Shown here piece by piece: positions 10,308 through 20,050 of a DNA stretch of 38,623 bases. The translations under genes and the position numbers were made by a program. Each line of letters starts with the position of its first letter. The stretch's first letter is position 1. Under the pieces are notes generated by a model. The model searched no databases. It was not told the DNA's origin and worked only from the letters and a program-made list of their open reading frames with translations. This stretch comes from a virus (Duplodnaviria; Heunggongvirae; Uroviricota; Caudoviricetes), in the IMG/VR virus record IMGVR_UViG_2684622552_000006; one strand, written 5' to 3'.

Positions 10308-10851
10308 CAGCTCCTGCCTCCAGGATAAGGTAATAGTCGTCCACATGCTGCCGCCCCGTATCCGGTGCTACTCCCAGCCAGACCTGACTCAGTGGCATAG
10401 CGGTGCGGGCGAACGGATCCACGCCAAAAGCTGCCTCCTGGGTAAACGACACCCGCCACACCAGGTAGTCATCCATGCGAGGATCAAATTCGTCACGCTC
10501 TGCAGCAGTGAATACGGCGGGTGAAATGTGAGTCAGACCAAACTGTTGCCCGTCAATCCACTGCGTAATATCTGCTGCCGCTGTTCGCAGGAAGATTTCC
10601 GGACAACTGAGACCAGACGCGGCATCAACCACCACATAAAGATCGCACGAGAGTTCAACATTGAGTTGCCCCTCATTGCCGCCGTTCTGCTCCCAGCTGT
10701 TAATGGTGAAATACACGGCAGGCGTCACCAGCCCGGTGAAACGGGGAATATTTTTTTCAGGATAAGCTCCGGCATCACTTACCCACGTTATCTGCTTCAG
10801 CGCACTGATAACCGCATCGTGGTATCGGGCCAGAGATAAAGGTTCAGCCAT
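10300..10851 (-). CDS. Hypothetical virion morphogenesis / tail completion protein
   Basis: 183-aa ORF in the head-tail junction block; no family recognised by eye. Confidence 0.45.
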   Translation of the reverse strand: MAEPLSLARYHDAVISALKQITWVSDAGAYPEKNIPRFTGLVTPAVYFTINSWEQNGGNEGQLNVELSCDLYVVVDAASGLSCPEIFLRTAAADITQWIDGQQFGLTHISPAVFTAAERDEFDPRMDDYLVWRVSFTQEAAFGVDPFARTAMPLSQVWLGVAPDTGRQHVDDYYLILEAGADE

Positions 10852-10861
10852 TGTGATGACC

Positions 10862-11518
10862 TCATACCGATATCCTGGCTTTCACCCGCCCACGGATATC
10901 TGTTTCAAAATGGTGCATGAAAATGTCCATTGCTTCGGCAAAGGCGTTATCTTCAATGTAATTGAGCATCGGTTCATAAATATCCACCTCAGCTTCCCGG
11001 GTACGCCGGGTTTGCGGATCACGAATAACCACCGTTCGCCGGTTCTCTCGTTTTGAGCGGGCGACTTCGCCATTTTCGAAGGTCAGTGTCGAAAGCAGAC
11101 TGCCTTTAGGCGTAAACCCGGCATTTTTTACCTGTCGACGAGCTTTGATAAAACGCCCCGTGGATTTATCCCGCAGGGTATGGCGCGGGCGTAGCCGCCC
11201 GTTAATTCGCCCTTTCAGGTCTTTAACCTTAATGGCGTTGAGACCAAACCAGATCCTGAAATTATCCAGCCGGGAGCCTCTGTCGAGGCGAAAAGAGAGC
11301 AGACGGCGGCGTACCAGCCCGATACTGCGCGGCGCCAGCCCGTCTTTCAGATCAGCCAGCGCTTTTTTGCGCAGGGTGGCAGCAGTTCGTCTGAGCGCCC
11401 GGGAGTAGGCTGCCCGAAACTGTTTTTGTGTGGCACCGATACTGTCCGCAATCTGCCAGATAGCATCCACATCAATATCGATCGGTAAATCCCGTCGCAG
11501 TCTGAATCCTCGCGCCAT
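10862..11518 (-). CDS. Hypothetical Arg-rich virion morphogenesis protein
   Basis: ATG at 11518 (MARGFRLRRD...) lies 2 nt after the stop of the upstream gene; the longer track ORF overlaps that gene by 92 nt and is probably an over-extension. Confidence 0.4.
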   Translation of the reverse strand: MARGFRLRRDLPIDIDVDAIWQIADSIGATQKQFRAAYSRALRRTAATLRKKALADLKDGLAPRSIGLVRRRLLSFRLDRGSRLDNFRIWFGLNAIKVKDLKGRINGRLRPRHTLRDKSTGRFIKARRQVKNAGFTPKGSLLSTLTFENGEVARSKRENRRTVVIRDPQTRRTREAEVDIYEPMLNYIEDNAFAEAMDIFMHHFETDIRGRVKARISV

Positions 11519-11519
11519 A

Positions 11520-11876
11520 TCAGCTCCATTGTTCAATCGGTGGCTGAACGTTTCCCGGTGCGCCATACGCCAGCGTGACACGGGTGCGCCCGGCTTCGTT
11601 CGCACCGACATGCGTTACCCGGTAGCGAATATTGTTCACCACCACCTCATCATGCCTGGACAGTCCGACAATATCCGTCGTCATCGCACTGAATGCCGGG
11701 GCGTGATTGCTGATTTCTCCGCCACCCGGAACACTGACCGGAGCATCCGGCGTTTCAAAAATCACATTCACCTGACGACATTCATTACCGATGTACAACA
11801 CTGCGGGGTATGGCTGCGCAAAAAGTCGCGTTATGCGGGCCTCTGCCCGCATCAGCCGTTCATGGAAATTGCCCAT
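11520..11876 (-). CDS. Hypothetical head-tail joining protein
   Basis: ATG 11876 overlaps the upstream stop (ATGA coupling); position between head and tail modules. Confidence 0.4.
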   Translation of the reverse strand: MGNFHERLMRAEARITRLFAQPYPAVLYIGNECRQVNVIFETPDAPVSVPGGGEISNHAPAFSAMTTDIVGLSRHDEVVVNNIRYRVTHVGANEAGRTRVTLAYGAPGNVQPPIEQWS

Positions 11877-12205
11877 CAGTAACCGAGACGCACACACACG
11901 GTAGCATCGCTGGTTTCTGCCGCTGCCCATACGGTTCCCACCAGCGCATTGCCCGATTCTGTTGCTGTCAGCGTGGCAGTATCAGACCTGAGATATACCC
12001 GTTTTCCCTGTGTCAGTTCTTCAGCTTCTTTGGGTAATGCAAAAATCCCCGTGGTATGCAAAACACCTGAGCCATCCTGCAGAATATCCGCATGCGCCAC
12101 CCCGATCAGATTGTCTTTAACGACCAGTTCCCCGGATAAGACTGTTTTACCGCTATCGTTCACCCATTCAACGGTCGTACCGTCCTGAACATAATTTTTT
12201 GACAT
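11876..12205 (-). CDS. Small head-associated protein (DUF2190-like)
   Basis: 109-aa ORF directly after the capsid gene terminator; ATG 12205 preceded by GGAGGT. Family assignment from memory only. Confidence 0.45.
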   Translation of the reverse strand: MSKNYVQDGTTVEWVNDSGKTVLSGELVVKDNLIGVAHADILQDGSGVLHTTGIFALPKEAEELTQGKRVYLRSDTATLTATESGNALVGTVWAAAETSDATVCVRLGY

Positions 12206-12247
12206 TTTTACCTCCGGTATAAGCGGCTCCCGACGGTGCCGCCTGAG

Positions 12248-12273
12248 TAAAAAAAACCGCCTGACGCGGCGGT
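12248..12273 (-). terminator. Hairpin and T-run immediately after the protease-capsid gene
   Basis: Stem ACCGCC/GGCGGT with 6-nt loop, followed on the minus strand by eight or more T residues; sits between the capsid stop (12277) and the next start (12205). Confidence 0.6.
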
Positions 12274-12276
12274 GAA

Positions 12277-14355
12277 TTACTGTTTTTTGACTTTAACCAT
12301 GCCACGCCAGTCAAGCGGTGCGACCCCGGCATCAATGCGCACTTTGAATGCGGCCCCGTCAACGGTAAAGCCCTGCTGCTGTTCCAGATACGGAGTATCG
12401 ATACCGTCAAGATAAGCCACTTCAATCGTGTCACGCCCCTGTGCCGCCACCAGGTAATAATCGGTCGGGCTGCTGTCATCCAGACGGGCTTCTGACAGAA
12501 CGGTGGCAAAGTTCTGGATCGGGTTAACAATGCCGCTGTTGGCATCTGCCCCCGGTACACTGGAAGATTTAATTAACTGACTTGCCCGGGATTCAATGGC
12601 AACAGGTGTCAGCATAAAGGCCGGACGAATATTCAGGCGGCGGCTACCGGACTTTTGCAGCAACATGGCTTTACGCCCTGCATCCAGTCCTTCAATGGAC
12701 AGATCCGCAGTCACCAGGTTGCCGTGATCGGCATGGAACAACGGTTTACCATCAGACATTTTCGGGTTGCTGGTCAGTACGGCCCAGACAAGATCGCCCA
12801 CTGTGGTACGCGCTGCTGCTCCCATTGCCATCGGAATACGGGTCAGCATATCCAGGTCATCGTTAATGATGGTCTGGCGATCAATGCTGAAGAGTTCGCC
12901 ATACGTAGCCAGCGCAATGGGCTCACCGCGATCTTTAAGGGTTACATACTTATATTCAGCGCCCGGCTGAACCTGTCGCAGGGTCGGGAAAGCCTCCAGC
13001 CCCACACGGTGGGCAGTTTTAAAATCTGACAGCGTGCCCTTGCGGGTCCACTGGTCAAACGTTTCACTGGCGCTGCCCCAGCCCTGCAGTGCCGCTTTGT
13101 GAGCAACATCCATCAGGATATTGCCAAAGTCACTGCCACTGTGGGTGAATGCCAGCCCCACCATTGCCATCGGTGCGGCATGTCCGGAAATTCCGATGCC
13201 GCGATCCACCAGTGAGGCACGCGCCAGTTCGCGTAGCGTAAAGCCGTTATAGGCATTGTCTTTTTCGGCTTCGCTGTACCCTGCGCGAGCCATCACTGCT
13301 GCACGGATGGAATCACCCACCAGATTGCCGTTTCCTGCGTAAATGTGTGCTGCTCCCGGCCCGGCACAGGGCGTGGTACCCGCCGCCAGCGCCTGCAGCA
13401 GTCGTTCACGGGCTTTTTCAGCCGAGCAGGTGAAATCGCTCAGGCATTCCGCTTTCAGCGAGGCGAATGCCGGAAATGCGTCGAACACGGCAGAGACGGC
13501 GTTCACGCGTTCCGCATTGGCAGCCTGCATCTGCTGCTGTAGCTGAGTGGCCAGCGCGGCAATATCTACGGCGCCTGGCTGCGGTGTGTCCTGAGATACC
13601 TGTGGTGCCGGAGGCTGGCTGGCCTGCAGTGGGGTAACCTGAGTTTCTGCACGCGGAGCAAAAAGAGCATTAACCTGTTCTGGCATATTCTGATAATCCT
13701 TCAGTTTATTTTGGTTCACACAGGCCGCAGCCTGTAATTCGGGTTCGAGGGAGTCTGCAAAGCCCTTTTCCACAGCTTCAGCGCCGCTGAGCCAGGTTTC
13801 CGATTTCAGCATGGCCTCCAGCTCCTCCTGCCCCAGTCCGGTTTTATTCATGTAGGCAGACAGCATCAGCGCCTCGTTGCGATCCAGCCAGTCGGCATAA
13901 TCACGCATATCATCGGAATCACCGGCGATCCCGCCCCAGGGCTTATGCACCATAATCCAGGCGTTTTCAGGCATATGTACTGTGGCTCCGGGAAGGCAGA
14001 CGATCATCGATGCCATACTGGCAGCGACACCATCCACCCAGATATCCACCTTCGCTTTCAGGCGTGACAGCGTGTTAAAGATGGCAAAGCCCTGCATCAC
14101 ATCACCGCCCGGGCTGTGGATATGCAGATCAATGGCGCTGGCCTCAAACACCCCCGCATCTTTACAGTCAGTGATAAACTGCTGCGCGGTGATGCCCCAT
14201 CCACCAATCACGTCATAGAGGAAAATTTCCACCCGTCCGGTTGCCTGTGCACGGATTTCGTACCAGCACTGACCGTTTGCGGCATCGACACCCGCAAGGC
14301 TGGCGCGGGGATTAATCGTCATCCCGCGACAGGGCGGGCTTATCATTTGCTGCAT
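12277..14355 (-). CDS. Prohead protease (ClpP/S14-like) fused to major capsid protein
   Basis: N-terminal part carries ClpP-like prohead protease motifs (HIHSPGGDV...GVAASMAS...MVHKPWGG); the C-terminal roughly 400 aa is capsid-like. Start chosen at ATG 14355 with AAAGGAG 9 nt upstream; ATG 14322 is an alternative. Domain split judged by eye. Confidence 0.75.
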   Translation of the reverse strand: MQQMISPPCRGMTINPRASLAGVDAANGQCWYEIRAQATGRVEIFLYDVIGGWGITAQQFITDCKDAGVFEASAIDLHIHSPGGDVMQGFAIFNTLSRLKAKVDIWVDGVAASMASMIVCLPGATVHMPENAWIMVHKPWGGIAGDSDDMRDYADWLDRNEALMLSAYMNKTGLGQEELEAMLKSETWLSGAEAVEKGFADSLEPELQAAACVNQNKLKDYQNMPEQVNALFAPRAETQVTPLQASQPPAPQVSQDTPQPGAVDIAALATQLQQQMQAANAERVNAVSAVFDAFPAFASLKAECLSDFTCSAEKARERLLQALAAGTTPCAGPGAAHIYAGNGNLVGDSIRAAVMARAGYSEAEKDNAYNGFTLRELARASLVDRGIGISGHAAPMAMVGLAFTHSGSDFGNILMDVAHKAALQGWGSASETFDQWTRKGTLSDFKTAHRVGLEAFPTLRQVQPGAEYKYVTLKDRGEPIALATYGELFSIDRQTIINDDLDMLTRIPMAMGAAARTTVGDLVWAVLTSNPKMSDGKPLFHADHGNLVTADLSIEGLDAGRKAMLLQKSGSRRLNIRPAFMLTPVAIESRASQLIKSSSVPGADANSGIVNPIQNFATVLSEARLDDSSPTDYYLVAAQGRDTIEVAYLDGIDTPYLEQQQGFTVDGAAFKVRIDAGVAPLDWRGMVKVKKQ

Positions 14356-15823
14356 CAGGGAGCACTCCTTTATCGTTGGCGGCGTCAGAATCGAACACCA
14401 GCCCGTTTTGTCGGTTAAATTCGGTTTCACGCATTCGCTGGCGTTTGACCTCCTGCGGTGACTGCCCTCTGGCACGGATCCACTCGGCTTCCGTTCCTGC
14501 ACCACCACGAAGAATGGCCCGCCATGCTGCAGCCTCTTTGACGGGGTCAATCCACGGCATCACCGGACCAAGATAGGTCGCGTTAAAAAGCGTGGTTTTG
14601 TCGATATCAGGCGGGATATCCATGTCAAGCAACGCCATTGCCAGCCAGGCGCGGTACACCGGACGGCTGAACTGCCCCACAAACCATTGCTGCAGGACGT
14701 TATAACCTTCGTAACTTTCCACCAGTTCCTGACGTTGTGCGCTGTAGGTGCCGTTATAGTCACGGGCAATACTGGAATAGCTGCCGCGACTCCCGGCGGC
14801 AACCGCCCGCAGTTGCCCGTTACGAAACTCATGGAGGTGGACGTTCGGACGGTTTGACTCAACCATGCCCAGATCTTCCCCCGGCGCCAGGTCGTCGAAA
14901 ATCATGCCTGGCGCAATATCAAAGTGGCGGTACTTTTGTCCTGAGGGTTTCCAGTCTTCATCCGCCGGAAAGCTGGCGGCATCACCACGCTTGATGTAGA
15001 AGCCCAGCGCGGCAGCAATGCGGGCAGCCACACGTTCGCTCTCTTCGTAGTCCTTAATGTCACCCAGACGGCGGATCACCCCATGAAGCAGACTTATGCC
15101 ACGTAACTGGTGAAGGCGTTTACGCTGGGCAAGGTGCAGCATGTTCTCTGCCGCAATGGTTTTCAGTTCAGCGCTGAAGCGCGTCATACTGGCCGGGTGA
15201 TATTTGTAAACCCGGTAACCAACAGGACGCCCCCAGTCGTTAACGATAATGCCCTGGCGGATCTGCTGCCCCGATGTGCTGTTAAGACTGAACGGGACAA
15301 AATCAGCTTCCAGCAGTTCCAGTGAAAACGGCACTCGGGTTGCGTGCGTCAGTCCGGCAACCGGGCCCCGCACCAGCTGCGTGAACATCTCACCATCACG
15401 CAGTGCTGAACGCAGCGCCAGTCGCTCGGCTTCCGGACGGGTAAACACCCCCGTCACCTCCGGACGCACCGACCATTCCGACCAGAGTGCAGATATCTGT
15501 GCTGCAAATTCTTCATGCAGCTTACCGTCCAGACTGAGCGGTTGCGGCTCCACCTGGATCCCCTGCGCACCAATAACACGTTCTTCCAGCTTATCCAGCA
15601 GACCAATCACTATGTCATGGTCTTCATCCAGTGCCCGTGCCTGCTCACGCAGAGATACGCCAGCCACACCCACCGCAGTATCTGCCGCCCGACTCTCACG
15701 TTTTGTTTTGTTCACTCTGGAGGGGTGCGCCGCCTCGTAGGCGCGAAGAAGCATTCTGTTTCTGGCGCGCGAAACAGCCCACCCTGGCGCAATCGCGCCA
15801 AGTGCCCTGTCAAAAATGCCCAT
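14312..15823 (-). CDS. Portal protein (lambda gpB-like)
   Basis: 503-aa ORF after terminase large subunit and the gpW-like gene, matching lambda order A-W-B. Confidence 0.8.
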   Translation of the reverse strand: MGIFDRALGAIAPGWAVSRARNRMLLRAYEAAHPSRVNKTKRESRAADTAVGVAGVSLREQARALDEDHDIVIGLLDKLEERVIGAQGIQVEPQPLSLDGKLHEEFAAQISALWSEWSVRPEVTGVFTRPEAERLALRSALRDGEMFTQLVRGPVAGLTHATRVPFSLELLEADFVPFSLNSTSGQQIRQGIIVNDWGRPVGYRVYKYHPASMTRFSAELKTIAAENMLHLAQRKRLHQLRGISLLHGVIRRLGDIKDYEESERVAARIAAALGFYIKRGDAASFPADEDWKPSGQKYRHFDIAPGMIFDDLAPGEDLGMVESNRPNVHLHEFRNGQLRAVAAGSRGSYSSIARDYNGTYSAQRQELVESYEGYNVLQQWFVGQFSRPVYRAWLAMALLDMDIPPDIDKTTLFNATYLGPVMPWIDPVKEAAAWRAILRGGAGTEAEWIRARGQSPQEVKRQRMRETEFNRQNGLVFDSDAANDKGVLPDAANDKPALSRDDD

Positions 15824-15831
15824 GAATGACC

Positions 15832-16047
15832 TTACAGAAAGTTAGCGAGTTTGAAGTTGGTGCCGCGACCGTTGACGGCCTGCCAGCGTTTTTCCCAGTA
15901 TTCAAGCTCTTTACGAAGTGCGACGGGATCATGGTTGGTAATGGCGCGCCCATTCACGCCAGTAAAAGACACGCTTTTCCCGTCCAGAGAATCACGATAC
16001 GCCTGGCGTACCGTGACCAGCATCTGCTGGATTTCAGATTTCGTCAT
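15832..16047 (-). CDS. Head-tail joining protein (lambda gpW-like)
   Basis: 71-aa ORF between terminase large subunit and portal, the conserved gpW slot. Confidence 0.6.
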   Translation of the reverse strand: MTKSEIQQMLVTVRQAYRDSLDGKSVSFTGVNGRAITNHDPVALRKELEYWEKRWQAVNGRGTNFKLANFL

Positions 16048-18161
16048 AGCCAGCCTCCGTTACCACTGACCCCCAGCCAGCCGCCAGACAGTGGGCTGGC
16101 CTGTTCGGTGACGGCAACCGGAGATGAACGAGCGGATATCGCTTTTTTCACTCCCCTCTCCCCGGGGCGTTCCCCGTCAATAATGTCCGGATTTGTGTCC
16201 TGAGATGCCGCCCAGGCAGGCGGCTGCTCCCAGTCTCGGATTTTTTCGTAACCACGCAGAATAGCGACGGCATGGGCATAGCAGAACAGGTCGAATGCTT
16301 CGTTGTTCCCTTTACCTGGCTTGCGCCATTTTCCGTCGCTGCCCCGCTCCTCATAAGTCAGCTCCTCGTAAAACCACTCACCGAGCCAGTCGGGAAAATG
16401 GATATACCCGGCCCCCGGGGTTTCACGCTCCAGATTATTGCTGAGTTGATCTTTGAGCAGATCGGTCTGCAGCAGATATACCGGTACTTCGCCGCGGGCA
16501 TCAGCCCGGCGATCGCTTCGTCCGGTATTATCAGGGTGTGTTCGGGTGATCACTTTCTGGCGACGGGTACTGTCACCTTTTATCAGGTATACCCGTTTTC
16601 CCAGACCATCACGGCGGCATGTGCGCCAGAACTTATACGCATTATCCGTCACACCATCCTCACCCCCACTGTCCACAGCCATAGCCAGCACGGGCATACG
16701 GCGGGAAGGATTTGACTGGAGAGGGTATGTTTTCTCCAGCACATCCGTGATCAGCAACTGCCAGTCCTCAGGGTAAGAGCCCGGATGAATCGTCAGTGCC
16801 TCGCCGTTTTCATCACAGCGCAGGGACTGACGAATGTTATAGCGATCCACCAGCCAGCGTTCGCCGTTCTCACCGTAACCGATAATCTGCACCACAAAAC
16901 GACGTTTCTTCCCGCCCTGTACATCCACCGATGCCAGCAGAAAACGCACCTTCGGTGGTACCAGACGTTTACCGTAGTCCTCCGCCCGCTGCATCAGTAC
17001 ATCAGCCCTGCGCTGTTCGGTCGCCGCGCGTGGCAGATAAGGTAAGCCCCAGTCAGTGTTGATCACCGTTTTCAGTGTTTCTTCACTGCCTGTGGTTTCA
17101 TAGTCCTGCTCTGCCGTCAGTAATTTGTAAACCAGCTGTGCCCAGGTCTGGTAAGCCGCGGCGGGACCTTCCATCCAGAAGGACGCGATGCGGGAACGAC
17201 GGGCATCACCCGATATATTCCCGGCTTTATCAATGCTCTGACCTTCCCTGAGCCAGACGCCACGTCCGTTAAGCTCCCGCTTTTTACCAGCTGTGATCAC
17301 CCCGTTACAGTGCGGGCAGACGATATGTGCCGCTTCACTGGCTTTTACTGGATCGGCAATATCGCGGTAACCGGTCATCGCCTCCATAGCAGGCTGAAAG
17401 TACCCACCACAGTGCGGACAGGGCCAGTACCAGCGACGGCGATCACCGCGATTATATAAAGCCAGAATACCGGTAGTGGGTGGCGCTTCATGGGGTGATT
17501 TTCGTCGCCATTTGGTATTGGTGATTTCCCGCCCTGGCGAGCTCTCCACCAGGGTCATGCCCGCCGACATAAATGTGGTGGTTCGTTTTGAGGCCAGCGA
17601 AAAACCATCGCCTTCCCCGTCGATATCCTCCGGAAAACGGTCGTAATCCGTCAGTGCAACGCATTTAAAATCCGAGGATGACATGATGTTGACGGAGGGC
17701 CAGCCAATCTTGAGGTAGTTTCCGGCAAGAAACGTGCGGTCATGAACGTTGTTATCGTTACGCGACGGACTCAGCCTGCATGCCACTTCCGGGCTGACGC
17801 GAAATGTTCTGGCCAGACGTTTTTTGGAGTGTTCACGCGCTTTTTCTTCCGTCATCTGGACGATAAGCATATCCGACGGGTCACACACCACGTTGTACAC
17901 CACCCAGCCGTCAATCAGCCCAATTGTTTTACCTGTTCGGGCCGGACCAACAAAAATAACAGCATCATACTCACGTGATGCCAGGCAGTTCATCGGCTCC
18001 ACGACATAGGGGGCGAGTTGCGGATCCCATTCGACGGAGTTTCCGACGCCCACGGGAACCCGCATGTACTTATGAACGGCCTCGGCAACAGGCATCCGAC
18101 GCGGTGCCTTTATGATCCCGGCGGTATTCTTTCTGACTTCCGCCGCCGTGGCCTGTCGCAT
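16044..18161 (-). CDS. Terminase large subunit (lambda gpA-like)
   Basis: 705-aa ORF with Walker-A-like GPARTGKT and a CPHCGG zinc motif; ATG at 18161. Confidence 0.85.
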   Translation of the reverse strand: MRQATAAEVRKNTAGIIKAPRRMPVAEAVHKYMRVPVGVGNSVEWDPQLAPYVVEPMNCLASREYDAVIFVGPARTGKTIGLIDGWVVYNVVCDPSDMLIVQMTEEKAREHSKKRLARTFRVSPEVACRLSPSRNDNNVHDRTFLAGNYLKIGWPSVNIMSSSDFKCVALTDYDRFPEDIDGEGDGFSLASKRTTTFMSAGMTLVESSPGREITNTKWRRKSPHEAPPTTGILALYNRGDRRRWYWPCPHCGGYFQPAMEAMTGYRDIADPVKASEAAHIVCPHCNGVITAGKKRELNGRGVWLREGQSIDKAGNISGDARRSRIASFWMEGPAAAYQTWAQLVYKLLTAEQDYETTGSEETLKTVINTDWGLPYLPRAATEQRRADVLMQRAEDYGKRLVPPKVRFLLASVDVQGGKKRRFVVQIIGYGENGERWLVDRYNIRQSLRCDENGEALTIHPGSYPEDWQLLITDVLEKTYPLQSNPSRRMPVLAMAVDSGGEDGVTDNAYKFWRTCRRDGLGKRVYLIKGDSTRRQKVITRTHPDNTGRSDRRADARGEVPVYLLQTDLLKDQLSNNLERETPGAGYIHFPDWLGEWFYEELTYEERGSDGKWRKPGKGNNEAFDLFCYAHAVAILRGYEKIRDWEQPPAWAASQDTNPDIIDGERPGERGVKKAISARSSPVAVTEQASPLSGGWLGVSGNGGWL

Positions 18162-18164
18162 GGC

Positions 18165-18671
18165 TTACTCCTCTTGTGACAAACTGTCCTCCTGTTCTGG
18201 CGACTCTGCCAGCTCAACCTTCATGGCAATCTGATCCCGCAGGTCATCTATGACTTTTTGCACCCTGACGACGGCTGACGGTGTCATTGCACAGTCACGC
18301 TCGAGAATATCCGGTAGCGTTTCCAGTACCTGAACGACAGCTTTTGCCATTGAGGCAAACTCCCGGCTGACTTCTGAGGCCGGGATAAGCTCTCCGGTCT
18401 CCTGCTGAAACTTGAGGCGCTCCCGCTCAGACTGAAACCACGCCTTTCGATCCGGCGGTGTCATTTTGTCAACAGCAACCAGCTCCGGCGTCGTAGTCCT
18501 GCCCAGTAATTCCCTGAGAATATCCAGAACCGAATACAGCTTGAGGCGGGAGTTACTTCCGGGGGCAGGCTCAACATTGCTCAGTCTACTTGCGACGGTC
18601 TGACGATGCAGATTAGTCAGCGCCGCCAGCTGGTTAATATTGAGGCGAAGATTTTTCAGTTCGTTATCCAT
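18165..18671 (-). CDS. Terminase small subunit (Nu1-like)
   Basis: HTH-like N-terminus (LNINQLAALTNLHRQTVASRL) directly upstream of the large subunit. The track start at 18683 is TTG; first ATG is 18671. Confidence 0.75.
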   Translation of the reverse strand: MDNELKNLRLNINQLAALTNLHRQTVASRLSNVEPAPGSNSRLKLYSVLDILRELLGRTTTPELVAVDKMTPPDRKAWFQSERERLKFQQETGELIPASEVSREFASMAKAVVQVLETLPDILERDCAMTPSAVVRVQKVIDDLRDQIAMKVELAESPEQEDSLSQEE

Positions 18672-19263
18672 GATGGTGAACAATATTTAAGCGAATCGAC
18701 ATCATGAATAATTTCACAACTGAAATATCAACAGGTTAGATAAAAGATGATGATGCCGATAAAATGCAAAAAACCAGCCGTTTTCCGCGTGTCCGCAGCC
18801 CCCCGGTGTTTCAAATCGCCAGGAGGACCCGCCAACCGCTCTGGTTTACTCCGCAAAACGAATGAAAATCTGAACGACCACGGTCGCACAGACTAGAATA
18901 CATGTCCTGTTTCTTCCCCCCCACACAGAACTTGCGAGCATGAGGGACAAACCCGCGAATAATTAGCGCGGTAAAAACCCGGTGTGCATCGTTTTTGATT
19001 ATTTCCGCACACTCGCGCAGAGGAGTTCCCCGTCGGGCTACGGTCATTGTTAATGCGGGAATACGGCGACGATACAGCGCAGCTAAAAGGGTAAAGGACA
19101 GATAGAGCGGTTTATTTCATTCCACAGGATTCTGAATGTCCCCAACTCCCTCCAATAGTCTGAGCGTCCACCTGTGTAGTTTTAATTTTCATCAATTCAT
19201 TTAACTATCGTTTAATTGTTGTCACATAGGATTCTGCCGTTTTTAACAATGCAGGATAATAAG

Positions 19264-19557
19264 ATGAAAAAAATGTTGTTTTCTGCCGCTCTGGCAATGC
19301 TTATTACAGGATGTGCTCAACAGACGTTTACTGTTGGAAACAAACCGACAGCAGTAACACCAAAGGAAACCATCACCCATCACTTCTTCGTTTCGGGAAT
19401 TGGACAGGAGAAAACTGTTGATGCAGCCAAAATTTGTGGCGGCGCAGAAAATGTTGTTAAAACAGAAACCCAGCAAACATTCGTAAATGGATTGCTCGGT
19501 TTCATCACTTTTGGCATTTATACTCCGCTGGAAGCACGGGTATATTGCTCACAATAA
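19264..19557 (+). CDS. bor: Bor-family outer-membrane lipoprotein
   Basis: MKKMLFSAALAMLITGCAQQ... has a lipobox (LITGC) and closely matches lambda Bor as I recall it; opposite strand to the lysis genes as in lambda. ATG 19264 preceded by AGGA. Confidence 0.85.
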   Translation: MKKMLFSAALAMLITGCAQQTFTVGNKPTAVTPKETITHHFFVSGIGQEKTVDAAKICGGAENVVKTETQQTFVNGLLGFITFGIYTPLEARVYCSQ

Positions 19558-19565
19558 TTGCATGA

Positions 19566-19593
19566 GTTGCCCATCAATATGGGCAACTTTATC
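19566..19593 (+). terminator. Rho-independent terminator after bor
   Basis: 9-bp stem GTTGCCCAT/ATGGGCAAC with 4-nt loop, followed by TTTATCT. Confidence 0.55.
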
Positions 19594-20050
19594 TGCACTG
19601 TTCCTTAATATACTGCTGAGTCCCTTCCAGTTGTTTCTGCATTATTATCAGTCTATCTCTGAGGGTGAAATAATTCCGTTCAGCGGTGTCTGCCAGTCGG
19701 GGGGAGGCTGCATTATCCACGCCGGAGGCGGTGGTGGATTCACGCACGGACGGACAGACTGCTTTGATGCGCAACCGACGACGACCAGCGGCAACATCAT
19801 CACGCAGAGCATCATTTTCAGATTTCGCATCATCTAACTCCTTCGTGTATTTTGCATCGAGCGCAGCAACATCACGCTGGCGAAGCTGCATATCAGTAAT
19901 TGTCGAGTTCGCCAGCTTCAGTTCTCTGGCATTTTTGTCGCGCTGCTCTTTGTAGGCGATTGCGTTATCACGGTAATGATTAACAGCCCATGACAGGCAG
20001 ACGATGATGCAGATAACCAGAGCGGAGATAACCGCGGTTACTCTGTTCAT
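19589..20050 (-). CDS. Rz: Rz i-spanin
   Basis: Near-identical to lambda Rz as recalled ([30 protein letters not shown]...). ATG 20050 overlaps the R stop. Confidence 0.9.
   Translation of the reverse strand: MNRVTAVISALVICIIVCLSWAVNHYRDNAIAYKEQRDKNARELKLANSTITDMQLRQRDVAALDAKYTKELDDAKSENDALRDDVAAGRRRLRIKAVCPSVRESTTASGVDNAASPRLADTAERNYFTLRDRLIIMQKQLEGTQQYIKEQCR
19648..19833 (-). CDS. Rz1: Rz1 o-spanin lipoprotein (embedded in Rz, +1 frame)
   Basis: 61-aa ORF wholly inside Rz; lipobox VVGCAS and proline-rich [27 protein letters not shown], as in lambda Rz1. Confidence 0.85.
   Translation of the reverse strand: MMRNLKMMLCVMMLPLVVVGCASKQSVRPCVNPPPPPAWIMQPPPDWQTPLNGIISPSEID

Noticed and set aside
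14312-14550. Track start of the protease-capsid ORF at 14550, overlapping the portal 3' end by about 240 nt
   Set aside because: A long same-strand overlap is unlikely; ATG 14355 has a strong AAAGGAG ribosome-binding site and the protease homology begins just after it.
15249-15740. 163-aa Ser-rich plus-strand ORF antisense to the portal gene
   Set aside because: Low-complexity translation antisense to a well-supported portal ORF.
18811-19047. 78-aa minus-strand ORF in the interval upstream of the small terminase
   Set aside because: No ribosome-binding site and no recognisable protein features; lies in the likely cos/packaging region.
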